From the IMG/VR virus record IMGVR_UViG_3300046169_000040, positions 1-35,057 of that record: a stretch of 35,057 nucleotides of DNA; one strand, 5' to 3'. This document shows positions 11,294 to 20,634 of the stretch, piece by piece (position 1 is the stretch's first letter; each line of letters opens with the position of its first letter). The notes beneath the pieces are model-generated. The model was not told where the DNA came from. It ran no database searches and saw nothing but the letters and a program-made list of their open reading frames with translations. The DNA comes from a virus (lineage: Duplodnaviria; Caudoviricetes). Both the position numbers and the translations under genes were made by a program.

Positions 11294-13165
11294 TTACAAC
11301 TCACAGTTATTACCAGTGCAGGCTAACTGTTGAGACCCTTCCGTCATGTCTGAGTTTTCTGAGATTGCCCAATCAATGGTCTCAGGAAACTCTTTCTTCA
11401 GCTTCTCATAGGTCTCTAAGTCTATGGGTTCATAAGGCGCTTGTTGATACGTATGTTCGGAATAAGGGAGGAAACTAACTCCGCTTATCTTATCGAACTT
11501 ATTGTACAACCACTGACCCACTTCCAAGAACTCTTCGTCACGGTAGTAACAGGTCATAGACGGCTTATGTTCACACCAGAAGTCCTGGTAAATTTCCCAT
11601 AGCTCAAGTTGCTCCATTGCTCCCATCTCAGAGGCCACCACAGCGCCTTCAGGAGACTTTATCGGGAAGGAGAATACCTTAGTACTAGGAGACATTACGT
11701 CGTCCTCTACAGGCACTCCTGCCGATTCTAAGACTTGACAGAGTGGGTCTCTTGCGTCCGCTCTAACTCGTCTAATGTATTGATCTGAGTATCTAGGATG
11801 GATGCCAGATGCAGAATCAACCAGCTGACTAACAGTACCGGAAGGTTTAACAGCAGTAATGGCAGTGCTGATATTAATACCAAGCTTAGTAGCCCATTCC
11901 TTATTAGTGTTAATCGCTTCTTCTTTGAGTTCAGTAAGCCAAGTCTTGAGAACACCTTTGTCCCTCCTTCCTGATAGCGTTGGGTGATCCATGATGCCTG
12001 TTAAGCTAACACCAAGTAATGCTTCCTCTTCTGTATTCTTTTGCCACGCTTTACGTAGGTAACGGAAGTCAGTTAACGTAGCCTGTAAAGTTCCAAGGAT
12101 AGCCGCAGTACGAACTTTTCGTTTAAGGTCTGACAACGTATCGGCTGACCTGACAACAACTTCCGATAGATTGCAGAACTGGTTTGGTCGTAGGATGATC
12201 TCTGAACATGGATTAGTTCCAAAATCATAGGTAGCATCTCGTCGCTCGTTCTTTGCAGCTTGCTTTTGACTTGCGACTCTAGAGAACATTCCTCGTTCTC
12301 CTGATCGTGACTCATACAAACTACTCCACTCGTTTAGGAATGCCTCAAAGTCCGGCTTCTCTGTATAACATGCGCTGTTGTTGGCTAGTCCTCGTTGTGG
12401 GTTGTCTTGCCACCACTGTCCTGACTTACACCGTCGTAGTCTATCGTCAGTGAGGTTACTAAGACTGATAAGAGCACTTCTCCTGACCCCTCCGACGACA
12501 ACGATTTGTGCAATCTTACAGCAGATATCGTGACACTCGATAGAGGAAAGCTTACGTCCAGCAGCCTCCCTAAAGATTTCGGTGGTAAATTTAAAGAGGT
12601 CAACAAGAGGATCCGCACCAGACGCTCTACCTCCAAAGGTTTTAAGGGCTGACCCTGCAGGTCGTACTCCAGATACGTCCCACTTTGGAAGCTGACCCGA
12701 ATACAGCAGGCTAATAAGTTCTCTGTACGCTTTAGCCCATCCAATTTTGCTGTCAGCGACGTGTATAACGGTATCTGTGTCATGAAATTCCTCTGCTACT
12801 TCTGGTAGTTTAGATACGTACTGGCGTTCAACACTAAAGCCTACACCTGTACCGCACATAAGTACGTACATCATTTCATCAAAAGCTTTAGGATGGTCGA
12901 TAGGTAAGTAAGAGCAGTTAAACCCAGCTACATTGTCACGGTCTAGTGCTTCTCCAGCAGTCATAAGTGCTCGCATGGAGGGCATAACACCCATGTCATG
13001 AATGTCTGCAAAGATACCGTTAGCTTCTTCAAGAGTAAGCTTACCTTTCTCTATCCAAAAGTTGAGGTAGCGGTCAATGGTTTCTTCCCAGGTTTCGCGC
13101 CGTTGCTCTTCAGGCAAGTACCTTGCGTACCTGCTTTTGTGTATGTACTGTTGGTATGCGTCCAT
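11294..13165 (-). CDS. nrdJ: Class II (adenosylcobalamin-dependent) ribonucleotide reductase
   Basis: 623 aa; FNCSY, GTNPCSEI (thiyl Cys), VKPSGTVS, YIRRVR and a C-terminal CTGNNC redox pair; no beta-subunit gene in the genome. Confidence 0.88.
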   Translation of the reverse strand: MDAYQQYIHKSRYARYLPEEQRRETWEETIDRYLNFWIEKGKLTLEEANGIFADIHDMGVMPSMRALMTAGEALDRDNVAGFNCSYLPIDHPKAFDEMMYVLMCGTGVGFSVERQYVSKLPEVAEEFHDTDTVIHVADSKIGWAKAYRELISLLYSGQLPKWDVSGVRPAGSALKTFGGRASGADPLVDLFKFTTEIFREAAGRKLSSIECHDICCKIAQIVVVGGVRRSALISLSNLTDDRLRRCKSGQWWQDNPQRGLANNSACYTEKPDFEAFLNEWSSLYESRSGERGMFSRVASQKQAAKNERRDATYDFGTNPCSEIILRPNQFCNLSEVVVRSADTLSDLKRKVRTAAILGTLQATLTDFRYLRKAWQKNTEEEALLGVSLTGIMDHPTLSGRRDKGVLKTWLTELKEEAINTNKEWATKLGINISTAITAVKPSGTVSQLVDSASGIHPRYSDQYIRRVRADARDPLCQVLESAGVPVEDDVMSPSTKVFSFPIKSPEGAVVASEMGAMEQLELWEIYQDFWCEHKPSMTCYYRDEEFLEVGQWLYNKFDKISGVSFLPYSEHTYQQAPYEPIDLETYEKLKKEFPETIDWAISENSDMTEGSQQLACTGNNCEL

Positions 13166-13440
13166 TAATTTAGTTCCTTTATTAGTCGTTCAATATACCA
13201 CTTACACTTACGTAAGTCTTCGATGGGTTTGCCTTTGTAGTCGTAGCGCCAGAGGTACTTCAGTGCGTTACCCTTAAGATAACCGTTGAACTCGTGTTCA
13301 GGCATGGACGCCTTGATTGCTTCTATCGCTTCGATTGATCCTTTGTTGTAATGATCCGGTTGTTCTACAGGGTCTACCTTTGGCTTCTTCAGTATAGAAA
13401 TACCGTCCCAATCTGCAGGAGTTGCATCGTCAATACTCAT
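13165..13440 (-). CDS. DUF3310 / T7 gp1.7-like putative nucleotide kinase
   Basis: DPVEQPDHY..G.IEAIEAI, GNALKYLWRY..KG...EDLRKC.WYI family pattern. Confidence 0.8.
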   Translation of the reverse strand: MSIDDATPADWDGISILKKPKVDPVEQPDHYNKGSIEAIEAIKASMPEHEFNGYLKGNALKYLWRYDYKGKPIEDLRKCKWYIERLIKELN

Positions 13441-13615
13441 AAGTCTCTTCCTCTTTTAATTCCTCTTCAAAAATGTCAAACCTATTGATTAGTTTATCTT
13501 CAAACCTATCAAGCAACTGTTCAGAAGTAATCTCTAACGCTTCCAGTAAATCGTCAGGATCATACAGCTTCAGTAGCTTTTCCTTCATTTCCCCCAAAGT
13601 TAGTGACATGGTCAA
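13430..13615 (-). CDS. Small acidic hypothetical phage protein
   Basis: ~60 aa, overlapping both neighbours; ATG alternative at 13609. Confidence 0.6.
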   Translation of the reverse strand: MTMSLTLGEMKEKLLKLYDPDDLLEALEITSEQLLDRFEDKLINRFDIFEEELKEEETYEY

Positions 13616-13973
13616 TTAACTCCTGCAGCGTATCTAAAGTGTACCATAGTATTCCCTCTTTGTCGCACCACTGTGACATAGTCATCTTAGCGCCTTTTCT
13701 TATTTTTTTATTGGGTTGCATTAGTACAAAGACTAGTTTTTGTCCTTTGGGGAGACTGTCTCTGATACTGGTGTACTTCTTCGTGTCTCCGTCCCGAAAA
13801 TATCCTTTGCATTCAACAAGAGTATTGGAAGCACTATGTACGAAATCAGGACGATAAGACCGACTAATAATGTAAGGGACCGTGAATGGTTCATAATCAA
13901 AATCCTTCAATATCTTGCTGACATCGTCTTCAAACGTGCTTCTAAATTTCGATTTCTTGGACCTTCGGTTCAT
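13560..13973 (-). CDS. Endonuclease I / Holliday junction resolvase (T7 gp3-like)
   Basis: FRSTFE, YEP...Y, YRPDF and VECKGYF motifs. Confidence 0.85.
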   Translation of the reverse strand: MNRRSKKSKFRSTFEDDVSKILKDFDYEPFTVPYIISRSYRPDFVHSASNTLVECKGYFRDGDTKKYTSIRDSLPKGQKLVFVLMQPNKKIRKGAKMTMSQWCDKEGILWYTLDTLQELIDHVTNFGGNEGKATEAV

Positions 13974-14805
13974 TGAACACCTCTGTTAAATAGCGTGGAC
14001 CTGAAGAGTAGGCAAAGGCTCTTAAGCCAGGCCAACAGTTTTTCTTATAGGCGCAGTAGGAACAACCGGTGTCCAGCTTCATGTTGCCGCTCTTGCCGTC
14101 TTCTTTCGGCTTATAGCAGTGCTTTGGTGGCTCTGGTTGTTCTACCATTGTTTTAATGTGGTCTATGCGGTCACCAATGTCATAACCGATAACTTCATGG
14201 ACAGGTGCTTGAGTGTCCTCGTCGTCATACATGAGGTACGACAAGTGACCGTTCTGCTTGTCCATTGCTAACCATCCGTACTGAGTTTGGCCTTCTGCTT
14301 TTGCATATCCTTTAATTTGAGAAATGTAGCCAAACGGGTCATCAAAAGCGAGATTTCCGTCTTTGAATTTTCTAAACCCAAAAGTGGACACGCTTTTAAC
14401 ATCAGTGACAACGCCGTCAATTTTGCAGTCCATAGAGCCACTAATACCGTTAACTTCACACTTTTTCTGTTCATCTGTCACCTCGTGACCTGCTGCTCGT
14501 GTTAGGAATAGAAGTAATTCTTCTATGAGATGACCGTAGAGAAACTTAACGTACGTATGTCCCTGCATGTCGTCCATCTTTTCTACGTCATTCCAGACGT
14601 TCCAAAGGTAACGATCACGTCGTCCTATGTTGGACATGCGGAGCTTACGTGAGTCGTCACGCTTGCGTGTAAACTCATTACGCATAAGCTGCTTCACGGC
14701 TTCACCAAAGGTCTCAATGCAGTCCTCTATGTCTATGCCTTCAGCTACTTCTTTTGTTTCAACCAGGTTGTAAATGTCGTCTACTAATGTGTAGATGTTT
14801 TTCAT
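13942..14805 (-). CDS. PD-(D/E)XK exonuclease (Cas4-like fold)
   Basis: LRMSNIG, GHLIEE, GSMDC, DVKS, Y..Q...Y and C-terminal C..CSYC.Y...C motifs. Confidence 0.75.
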   Translation of the reverse strand: MKNIYTLVDDIYNLVETKEVAEGIDIEDCIETFGEAVKQLMRNEFTRKRDDSRKLRMSNIGRRDRYLWNVWNDVEKMDDMQGHTYVKFLYGHLIEELLLFLTRAAGHEVTDEQKKCEVNGISGSMDCKIDGVVTDVKSVSTFGFRKFKDGNLAFDDPFGYISQIKGYAKAEGQTQYGWLAMDKQNGHLSYLMYDDEDTQAPVHEVIGYDIGDRIDHIKTMVEQPEPPKHCYKPKEDGKSGNMKLDTGCSYCAYKKNCWPGLRAFAYSSGPRYLTEVFNEPKVQEIEI

Positions 14806-14814
14806 GGTTTAGCC

Positions 14815-16452
14815 TTAGTGGGTTTCTGCCCACGTAGTTCCGATTTGGTACTCTCCGTCCAATGGACATCTAAGTTTAAACTGTACGCCTGACGCCTTGA
14901 GGCACTCGACTGCAAGCCAACCGAACTTCTCTGCTTGGTCTCTAGCCACTTCCGACTGTACTTCGTCATGTATGTTGCCTATAAATTTGTAGTCAAGATC
15001 CCATTGCTGTGCATAGTCGTCTAGGATTATCAAAGCCTTCTTCATGACTATAGCACCGGCAGCCTGTAGTAGTGTGTTTAGTGCAGCATGTTCAGATCGA
15101 ATTCTGAGATGTCTACCATCAAGTCCTCTGAGATAACCTCGTTTAGCTGCTCTAATAGTACGCTCTCGTAAACTTTCAAGAGCAGGTGTATTTGATAGAA
15201 ATCTCCGTTTAAGGTCTGCGCCGTCAGATGCGCTGCCTCCAACGATAGTTCCGATTTTTGCGTCTCCTGCTCCATAGAGGAAAGCGTAGATGAAAGTTTT
15301 CGCTTGAGGTCTTGTTTCAAGTCCTGCAGCCAACTGATTTCTTGTATGTATATCTTCTGTGAGGAGGACATTGGTAAACTCCTTATCGTCCATGTAGTGT
15401 GCCAACATCCGTAACTCAAGGCCACTAGCGTCAAAACCTACTAATTTTTTACCTTCTGGTATAGTCCAACAGGAGCGACACTCTTTGCCATAAGGGCTAT
15501 GACCTGCAGGTACTTGAGCCATGTTAGGCGACTGGTGGGTCATGCGACCAGTAACAGCACCATTGCTAATGACTCTTCCGTGTACTCTACCGTCCTCCTT
15601 GACAGCTTCCAACCACGAGAGTACCTGCGCGTGGCGCTTCTGAAGCAACAAATATTCCAAAACTTTTGCCGCTTCAGGGACATGATCGTTTTGCTTAAGC
15701 GTCTTTTCGTCAACAACGGGCTTTCCGCTTGGCGTGAGTTCCGACCATACTGCACCTTTTGTTTCAAGTCTCTCTGCCACTTGTTGCCGTGAACCGACAT
15801 TGAAAACCGTAACCTTATCTTTAAGGCGCTTCTTGGTCTTTTCAGAATACCTCTCTTCGACAATGGGTGGAAACATCTCTTGTAGTTCATACTGTATGTC
15901 ATTCATGCCTTCCTTAAAGGTTGCACAGAGGTCATTGGCTAACTCTTGGTTCAAAAGCCAACCGTTGTTCTCCTGCTGTTGCACGATCCATTGAACCTTA
16001 TGTTCTAACTCAATACAGTCCTTATTTTCCCAGTTCTGCATACTCTGTAAAAGCTTTTGGTGCACTGCTTCTGTAACTGCTACGTCCTGTATACAGTAAT
16101 CAATCATCTCCTGTGAAAGACAAGAAAAGTCAGAATGGTCACCTTTGGGAAAGCCCAACTCATTCCCCCAATTCCTCAAAGAGTGACCACCTGACTTGCT
16201 TGGGTCAAAAAGACGTGAAATTACCAAAGTATCGACTATGCGCTCAGAGGCTATAGAAACGCTCCAGAGGCGTTTTAAGACAGGGACATCGTACCCTATA
16301 AGGTTGTGACCAACGACGCTCACAGAGCCTTCTAGAGCCTCACAGAGCGTGTCTGGAGTGGTATGTACGGTACTGACACCATTTTCCCTGGTTACGACAC
16401 ACCAGATGGTCGTTGGTTCTAAACCGTCAGCTTCAAGATCCAAATAAATCAT
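14815..16452 (-). CDS. polA: Family A DNA polymerase (T7-like) with 3'-5' exonuclease domain
   Basis: Exo motifs DLEADGL, GHNLIGYD, YCIQD; motif A DASGLELR; motif B AKTFIYAFLYG; motif C IHDE. Confidence 0.95.
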   Translation of the reverse strand: MIYLDLEADGLEPTTIWCVVTRENGVSTVHTTPDTLCEALEGSVSVVGHNLIGYDVPVLKRLWSVSIASERIVDTLVISRLFDPSKSGGHSLRNWGNELGFPKGDHSDFSCLSQEMIDYCIQDVAVTEAVHQKLLQSMQNWENKDCIELEHKVQWIVQQQENNGWLLNQELANDLCATFKEGMNDIQYELQEMFPPIVEERYSEKTKKRLKDKVTVFNVGSRQQVAERLETKGAVWSELTPSGKPVVDEKTLKQNDHVPEAAKVLEYLLLQKRHAQVLSWLEAVKEDGRVHGRVISNGAVTGRMTHQSPNMAQVPAGHSPYGKECRSCWTIPEGKKLVGFDASGLELRMLAHYMDDKEFTNVLLTEDIHTRNQLAAGLETRPQAKTFIYAFLYGAGDAKIGTIVGGSASDGADLKRRFLSNTPALESLRERTIRAAKRGYLRGLDGRHLRIRSEHAALNTLLQAAGAIVMKKALIILDDYAQQWDLDYKFIGNIHDEVQSEVARDQAEKFGWLAVECLKASGVQFKLRCPLDGEYQIGTTWAETH

Positions 16453-16759
16453 ACTGCAGTTCTTCAGGCTCCACGTAGTCAGTTTCTAAGTAGTCCTTCT
16501 CTTCCGTTGTCTTTTTTCTGTGACAGTTGGAGCAAAGGACAATACAGTTTTCTAGTTCTTTATGTATTTTGTCCCATGTGTACAGATATCCTTTCGACAT
16601 CTTAAAGTTTTTCTTTGTTCTGTCAATATGGTCAAGTTCCAACGCTTCAGGTATTTCATTATAACCACACTCTTGACACCCCTTTTCCATCTTGTACTTT
16701 CGTATATACGCTTTTTTTTCTAACTTGCGTAAATGGTGTCTTCTTCTTGTAGAGTACAT
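16433..16759 (-). CDS. HNH endonuclease
   Basis: CQECG...LELDHID...CIVLCSNCHR. Confidence 0.85.
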   Translation of the reverse strand: MYSTRRRHHLRKLEKKAYIRKYKMEKGCQECGYNEIPEALELDHIDRTKKNFKMSKGYLYTWDKIHKELENCIVLCSNCHRKKTTEEKDYLETDYVEPEELQYDLFGS

Positions 16760-18367
16760 TAAAAGTCCTCGCCAACATTAGGATTTGCGACTTCCTGTAA
16801 CCTCCCTGTTTGTTTTTCGTACTGCAGCCAACAAGCGGGTCCAGTTTCACCTGTATACCTATTTTTGAGGACACGAACAGTAGTAGTGTTTCTTACGTCT
16901 TCGTTTTCATTCTGCTGGTCACGTTCCATACCAATGACAATGTCGGACAACTGAGCGATAGCTTGTGAACCACGTAATTCACCTAAGCTGATCTGCGCTC
17001 CGTCCTCGTGTGCCTTGCCTTGTGACCTGCGTAAGTGTGACACGAGGAACAAGCAGATGCCTGTTTCAGCCACGAGTGTACGAAGGCGTGTCATGATCTC
17101 GTCAATGGCTTTTCTCTCGTCTCCTGACTCTTGGGAACTGACGACGATGGACAAGTGATCCAGTACGACGTACCGGCAGTCAAGTGCTTTTGCCATGTAG
17201 CGAACACGGGCGAGCAAGTTATCTGCTGAAGTTGACCCCCAATGGTCAAATAAGTAGTAACGTCCTGTTCCCAATGTGGCTTCCCAGAACGGCCGAAGCT
17301 CGTCCACTGGCGTGTCCTCTTCCAAGTGTAAGGGGCCTATTTGCCGCCACCGACATGATGCCAAGACTTGTTCGGGCCAAATCTTCCTCAAGCGCCAAGA
17401 CTCCAATATTGCCTTCGCATCGGCGTAGTAAATCATATTCGATTTCTCTGATAAATTGGGACTTTCCCATACCACTGCCGCTTGTGATCGTGACCAACTC
17501 ATAGGGCCTATGTCCTCTTGTTATCTCATTGAGGCCGTTCCAAGGATAAGGTATGGACTTCACCTGGCGCTTTTGTACCAATGTGTCCCATGTGTCAGTC
17601 CCTGCTACAATACCGTCAGGACGATAAACCTTTGCATTCCACCATGCTTGCGTAAAGTCCTTAACACGGTTCGCCATGAGCATGTCACTGGCGTCCTTGA
17701 GTGGTAACTTTACTATTTTTAACTTGTTAGGACTGAAGAGGTCCTTAACTTGTTCCAGAGCGGCGTCACCGGCTTTGTCGTTGTCAAAACAGAGTACCAC
17801 TTGGTCATAGGACTCAAGCCACTCTAGCTGTTCCTTGATCTCTTTGGCTGCAGAGGACGCACCAGCACGTAGTGACACCACGTCGTACTGCTTGTTGAAC
17901 ATTTCGTACACTGCTAAGGCGTCTAGTTCACCTTCAGTAATGGTTATGAACTTGTTAGTAGTGCACTGTTGTTGTCCGAAGAACCCTGCTGTCTTTGGGT
18001 CTCCGTTACTAAAAAAGTTTTTGGTTTTTACTTCCCTGATTTTAGCTGCACACACTTCACCGGTGTTAACGTCATAAAAAGGGTAGTAGTGCTTTTCTAT
18101 TTCACCTGTAGAACCGTACTCAACGGTTACGCCAAAGCGCATACAGGTTTCTTTGGATATTCGTCTGTTGGGTATTGCTGCCACTGTACCAAACATTTGT
18201 AGTGGCTTAGCTTTGGCTATCGGTATCACTTCGGACATAGTACTGTCACCGTGTGTATGGTAGTCACAAACGGAACTAAAGCAATGCGTAGAACCGTCGT
18301 CGTAAATAGCAAGGGCGTCCGAAGAATTGCACTTGGGACACCCTTCATGTCTCACAAAGTTAGCCAT
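16759..18367 (-). CDS. Primase-helicase (T7 gp4-like), with a frameshift at ~17332-17335
   Basis: Zn finger CPKC..HCFSSVC, TOPRIM ITEGELD and CFDND, Walker A SGSGMGKS, LDHL, ELRGS, KNRYTG. Removing one base from the G4 run fuses the two ORFs (AANRPLHLEEDTP). Confidence 0.92.
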
Positions 18368-18368
18368 G

Positions 18369-18740
18369 TTAGAAGTCCGCAGCTTCTCCTAATTCCATCT
18401 CTGCTTCTTCTAAAACTTTTACTGCTTCCAGGTAAGTTGACACACCATGAACAGGATGTGGCTGACCTAGCTTGTACTTCAGTCGCACCTTAGAGTTGTA
18501 AGGTACTTCACCGCCATAAGGATTACCTTCAGCGTCAAAAGTCTTAACGTCGTACCGACTTTTGAACTTACGTTGCTTAGCACCTTGGTAGTCCTTGATC
18601 TTAACACCTTGAGCAGCTAACTCACTGGCGTCGTCTTCAGTCATTGTAATGGTCATAGAGAATTGACCAGTGTCCTGACCGTTGAAAACGTCGTGTTGAG
18701 TTAGGTTGCTAAAGTTACAAATGCCTTCTATTACTGCCAT
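18369..18740 (-). CDS. Single-stranded DNA-binding protein (gp2.5-like)
   Basis: 123 aa, OB-fold-like, acidic tail ending in Phe (EEAEMELGEAADF); next to the primase. Confidence 0.7.
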   Translation of the reverse strand: MAVIEGICNFSNLTQHDVFNGQDTGQFSMTITMTEDDASELAAQGVKIKDYQGAKQRKFKSRYDVKTFDAEGNPYGGEVPYNSKVRLKYKLGQPHPVHGVSTYLEAVKVLEEAEMELGEAADF

Positions 18741-18798
18741 TGGAATAATCTCCGTTTTTTACTTGGGTTGCAACTAGATCATGTCTAGTCATACTAAT

Positions 18799-18828
18799 AT
18801 TATACCACATCACTGCATATGCAATCAA
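18799..18828 (-). promoter_or_regulatory. sigma70-type promoter for the replication operon
   Basis: TTGATT-18 bp-TATAAT with an extended -10 TG. Confidence 0.7.
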
Positions 18829-19103
18829 ATCATATTTACGTATTCGTCGTTAATGATTGTCTGCACATGGACGTACCCTTCAGGCCAATACGTGTAGGAC
18901 TCTTTGAGTGCTTTTGCTGTCCTATGTACCGCAGCTTCAAAGTGTTCAAACATTCCTAGCTCCTCTTTGTAGTACCAAAAGGGTATGCGTAGGACTGGCT
19001 CAGCTGGTCCGTTGTATTCGTAGTACACAATTATCTCTGCGTCGTTACCTACAGGACCGTCATTACCAAACATTTTTGCCTGTTTGTTATCTGGTTGTTT
19101 CAT
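18825..19103 (-). CDS. Hypothetical protein
   Basis: ORF with a GGAGGT RBS before the ATG at 19103. Confidence 0.65.
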   Translation of the reverse strand: MKQPDNKQAKMFGNDGPVGNDAEIIVYYEYNGPAEPVLRIPFWYYKEELGMFEHFEAAVHRTAKALKESYTYWPEGYVHVQTIINDEYVNMI

Positions 19104-19125
19104 TTTCACACCTCCCAATCATGAC

Positions 19126-19326
19126 TTACGCAGCAACACTCTGTACTGCAATAAGTTTCTTTAAACGACGGGTTAACTCCTGGTTGTACACCAAAGTTGT
19201 GTCAAGTTCGTACAGTGCATCATCGTCATTAGTGTCTTGCATAATGCTTTGTATATGACCCTTGTCGTCATTAAGAAGTTCCAAAAGGTACTCAATTTCA
19301 ACAGGGTCTTCTATGTACAATTTCAT
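19126..19326 (-). CDS. Hypothetical protein
   Basis: ATG just after the upstream stop, GAGG RBS; acidic. Confidence 0.6.
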   Translation of the reverse strand: MKLYIEDPVEIEYLLELLNDDKGHIQSIMQDTNDDDALYELDTTLVYNQELTRRLKKLIAVQSVAA

Positions 19327-19327
19327 G

Positions 19328-19582
19328 TTAGTCGTCCTCTGGTGTTGGGAATGGATCACTGGCTTTCTCTAGGAACAATTCAAAGTCAGACCTACTGATC
19401 TTTACACTGTCGCTAGGAGCCTCTCTAGTGTCCATCTCGAGCTTTAAAACAAAAGGTATACCACCATAAGGGTCACACCTCATAATCTCGTTAGCGACGT
19501 CTCTAGCCTCACTGTAGCCAAGGCGATAGATGGAGTAGTCACCACCGGTTATTTCGTACACACTAAACTCGTCTCTAATCAT
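19328..19582 (-). CDS. Hypothetical protein
   Basis: 84 aa, AGGAG RBS. Confidence 0.65.
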   Translation of the reverse strand: MIRDEFSVYEITGGDYSIYRLGYSEARDVANEIMRCDPYGGIPFVLKLEMDTREAPSDSVKISRSDFELFLEKASDPFPTPEDD

Positions 19583-19599
19583 ACTTAAGTTGTCTCCTG

Positions 19600-19708
19600 G
19601 TGTACTACAGAAGTACTACAGAGTACTTATGTAGTTTACTACTATGTTTTACTACTTAGGTTTAACTACTTCTGTTTACTACTTAGTTAATACTTATGTA
19701 CTACTTTA
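19600..19708. repeat. Non-coding array of TACTAC/TACTTA direct repeats
   Basis: Cores at 19603, 19614, 19624, 19637, 19650, 19664, 19677, 19691, 19699. Confidence 0.8.
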
Positions 19709-19894
19709 GTAGAGGGTATCAGAATCATCATCATTTGTCAAGAATAAATCTTCGGTAATAGTACCAATACTGTCAACATTAGTATCTATAGATGAAAATA
19801 AACAGTTGTTGCATAGGTCTAGAAACTCTCCGTGGTTGTCTTTTTTCAACATTTCTTTTTCTTCTAAGATTCTATCGCATGCTTTACATCTCAT
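19706..19894 (-). CDS. Small zinc-finger protein
   Basis: MRCKAC...DLCNNC. Confidence 0.7.
   Translation of the reverse strand: MRCKACDRILEEKEMLKKDNHGEFLDLCNNCLFSSIDTNVDSIGTITEDLFLTNDDDSDTLY
19713..19741 (-). promoter_or_regulatory. sigma70-type promoter
   Basis: TTGACA-17 bp-TACCCT with an extended -10 TG, at the 3' end of ORF 19706-19894. Confidence 0.5.
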
Positions 19895-20088
19895 ATGTTT
19901 TTCCAGTTGTCCCCATAAATATCTAACATATTACGTTCAAGATCAGCTTTGGACATCTTTTGCAAGTCCCCTTTGACCTTAAGGCGAAACATTTCTATTT
20001 CGTATTCCTCAATCATAGCCATCATGTAGTCCATCTCAGCAGCACTGAAGTAGTCCGTTGGGTCTGGTGGTATCATTTGCTCTACCAT
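19891..20088 (-). CDS. Hypothetical protein
   Basis: 65 aa, translationally coupled at both ends. Confidence 0.65.
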   Translation of the reverse strand: MVEQMIPPDPTDYFSAAEMDYMMAMIEEYEIEMFRLKVKGDLQKMSKADLERNMLDIYGDNWKNI

Positions 20089-20345
20089 TACTTGTTGCCT
20101 CTTGTTAAGTACTTAAGGTGATTTATAGCGTCTGCCAGTTGTTGCATACGCTCTAGTTTTTGCCGGTGTTGTTCATTTAGATCTTCCACTGTTAACTGTA
20201 ATTTAGTCATAGCAGTGTTCATACGTCCATAGTCAGGTTCAGCGTCAGGGTCGTACTCAGGTTCTACATAGTGTTTATAAATGCCTTTGCCTTCTAACCT
20301 GTCGTAATAGTCATCATGCCAAACGTCTGCTGTTTCTCTTGTCAT
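20088..20345 (-). CDS. Hypothetical protein with C-terminal coiled coil
   Basis: 85 aa, AAGGAG RBS. Confidence 0.65.
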   Translation of the reverse strand: MTRETADVWHDDYYDRLEGKGIYKHYVEPEYDPDAEPDYGRMNTAMTKLQLTVEDLNEQHRQKLERMQQLADAINHLKYLTRGNK

Positions 20346-20347
20346 CT

Positions 20348-20512
20348 TTAGTTCTCCTTTGCTCCTACGTACTTCTTGAGCCTATCAGATTGCTTTAATT
20401 TTTTCAATGCCTGGTATTCAGTTTGTTGCACTTCAGCACGTGTAATATTTAACACTTTTGCAACTTCCTCCTGAGTCATAAAGTAGTCGCCTACGTGGCT
20501 ACGTTTCTTCAC
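20348..20512 (-). CDS. Stand-alone sigma70 region-4-like HTH protein (54 aa; not in the ORF track)
   Basis: Manual translation MKKRSHVGDYFMTQEEVAKVLNITRAEVQQTEYQALKKLKQSDRLKKYVGAKEN aligns with RpoD [28 protein letters not shown]; GGGAG RBS. Confidence 0.75.
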   Translation of the reverse strand: MKKRSHVGDYFMTQEEVAKVLNITRAEVQQTEYQALKKLKQSDRLKKYVGAKEN

Positions 20513-20634
20513 TTCCTAGTTGCTCCCTTTGGTTTAGTTGTGAATCTCTCATAGAGTGAACACATGGCCCACCAAAAGCCAACACCTATTATTAGTAACG
20601 CTATGTCCCAACATGGCTGCCATTGTTCAAACAT
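20509..20634 (-). CDS. Small single-TM membrane protein (41 aa; not in the ORF track)
   Basis: MFEQWQPCWDIALLIIGVGFWWAMCSLYERFTTKPKGATRK; AGGAG RBS; GTGA overlap with the next gene. Confidence 0.6.
   Translation of the reverse strand: MFEQWQPCWDIALLIIGVGFWWAMCSLYERFTTKPKGATRK

Noticed and set aside
13942-14805. Cas4 as evidence of a CRISPR-Cas system
   Set aside because: Solo Cas4-like nucleases are common in phage replication modules; no other cas genes or array.
16759-18367. Separate primase and helicase genes, or a pseudogene
   Set aside because: The break falls inside the helicase domain after Walker A, and one base deletion restores an intact protein.
19600-19708. Possible CRISPR mini-array
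   Set aside because: Units are 6-10 bp with 4-8-bp gaps; no repeat-spacer architecture.
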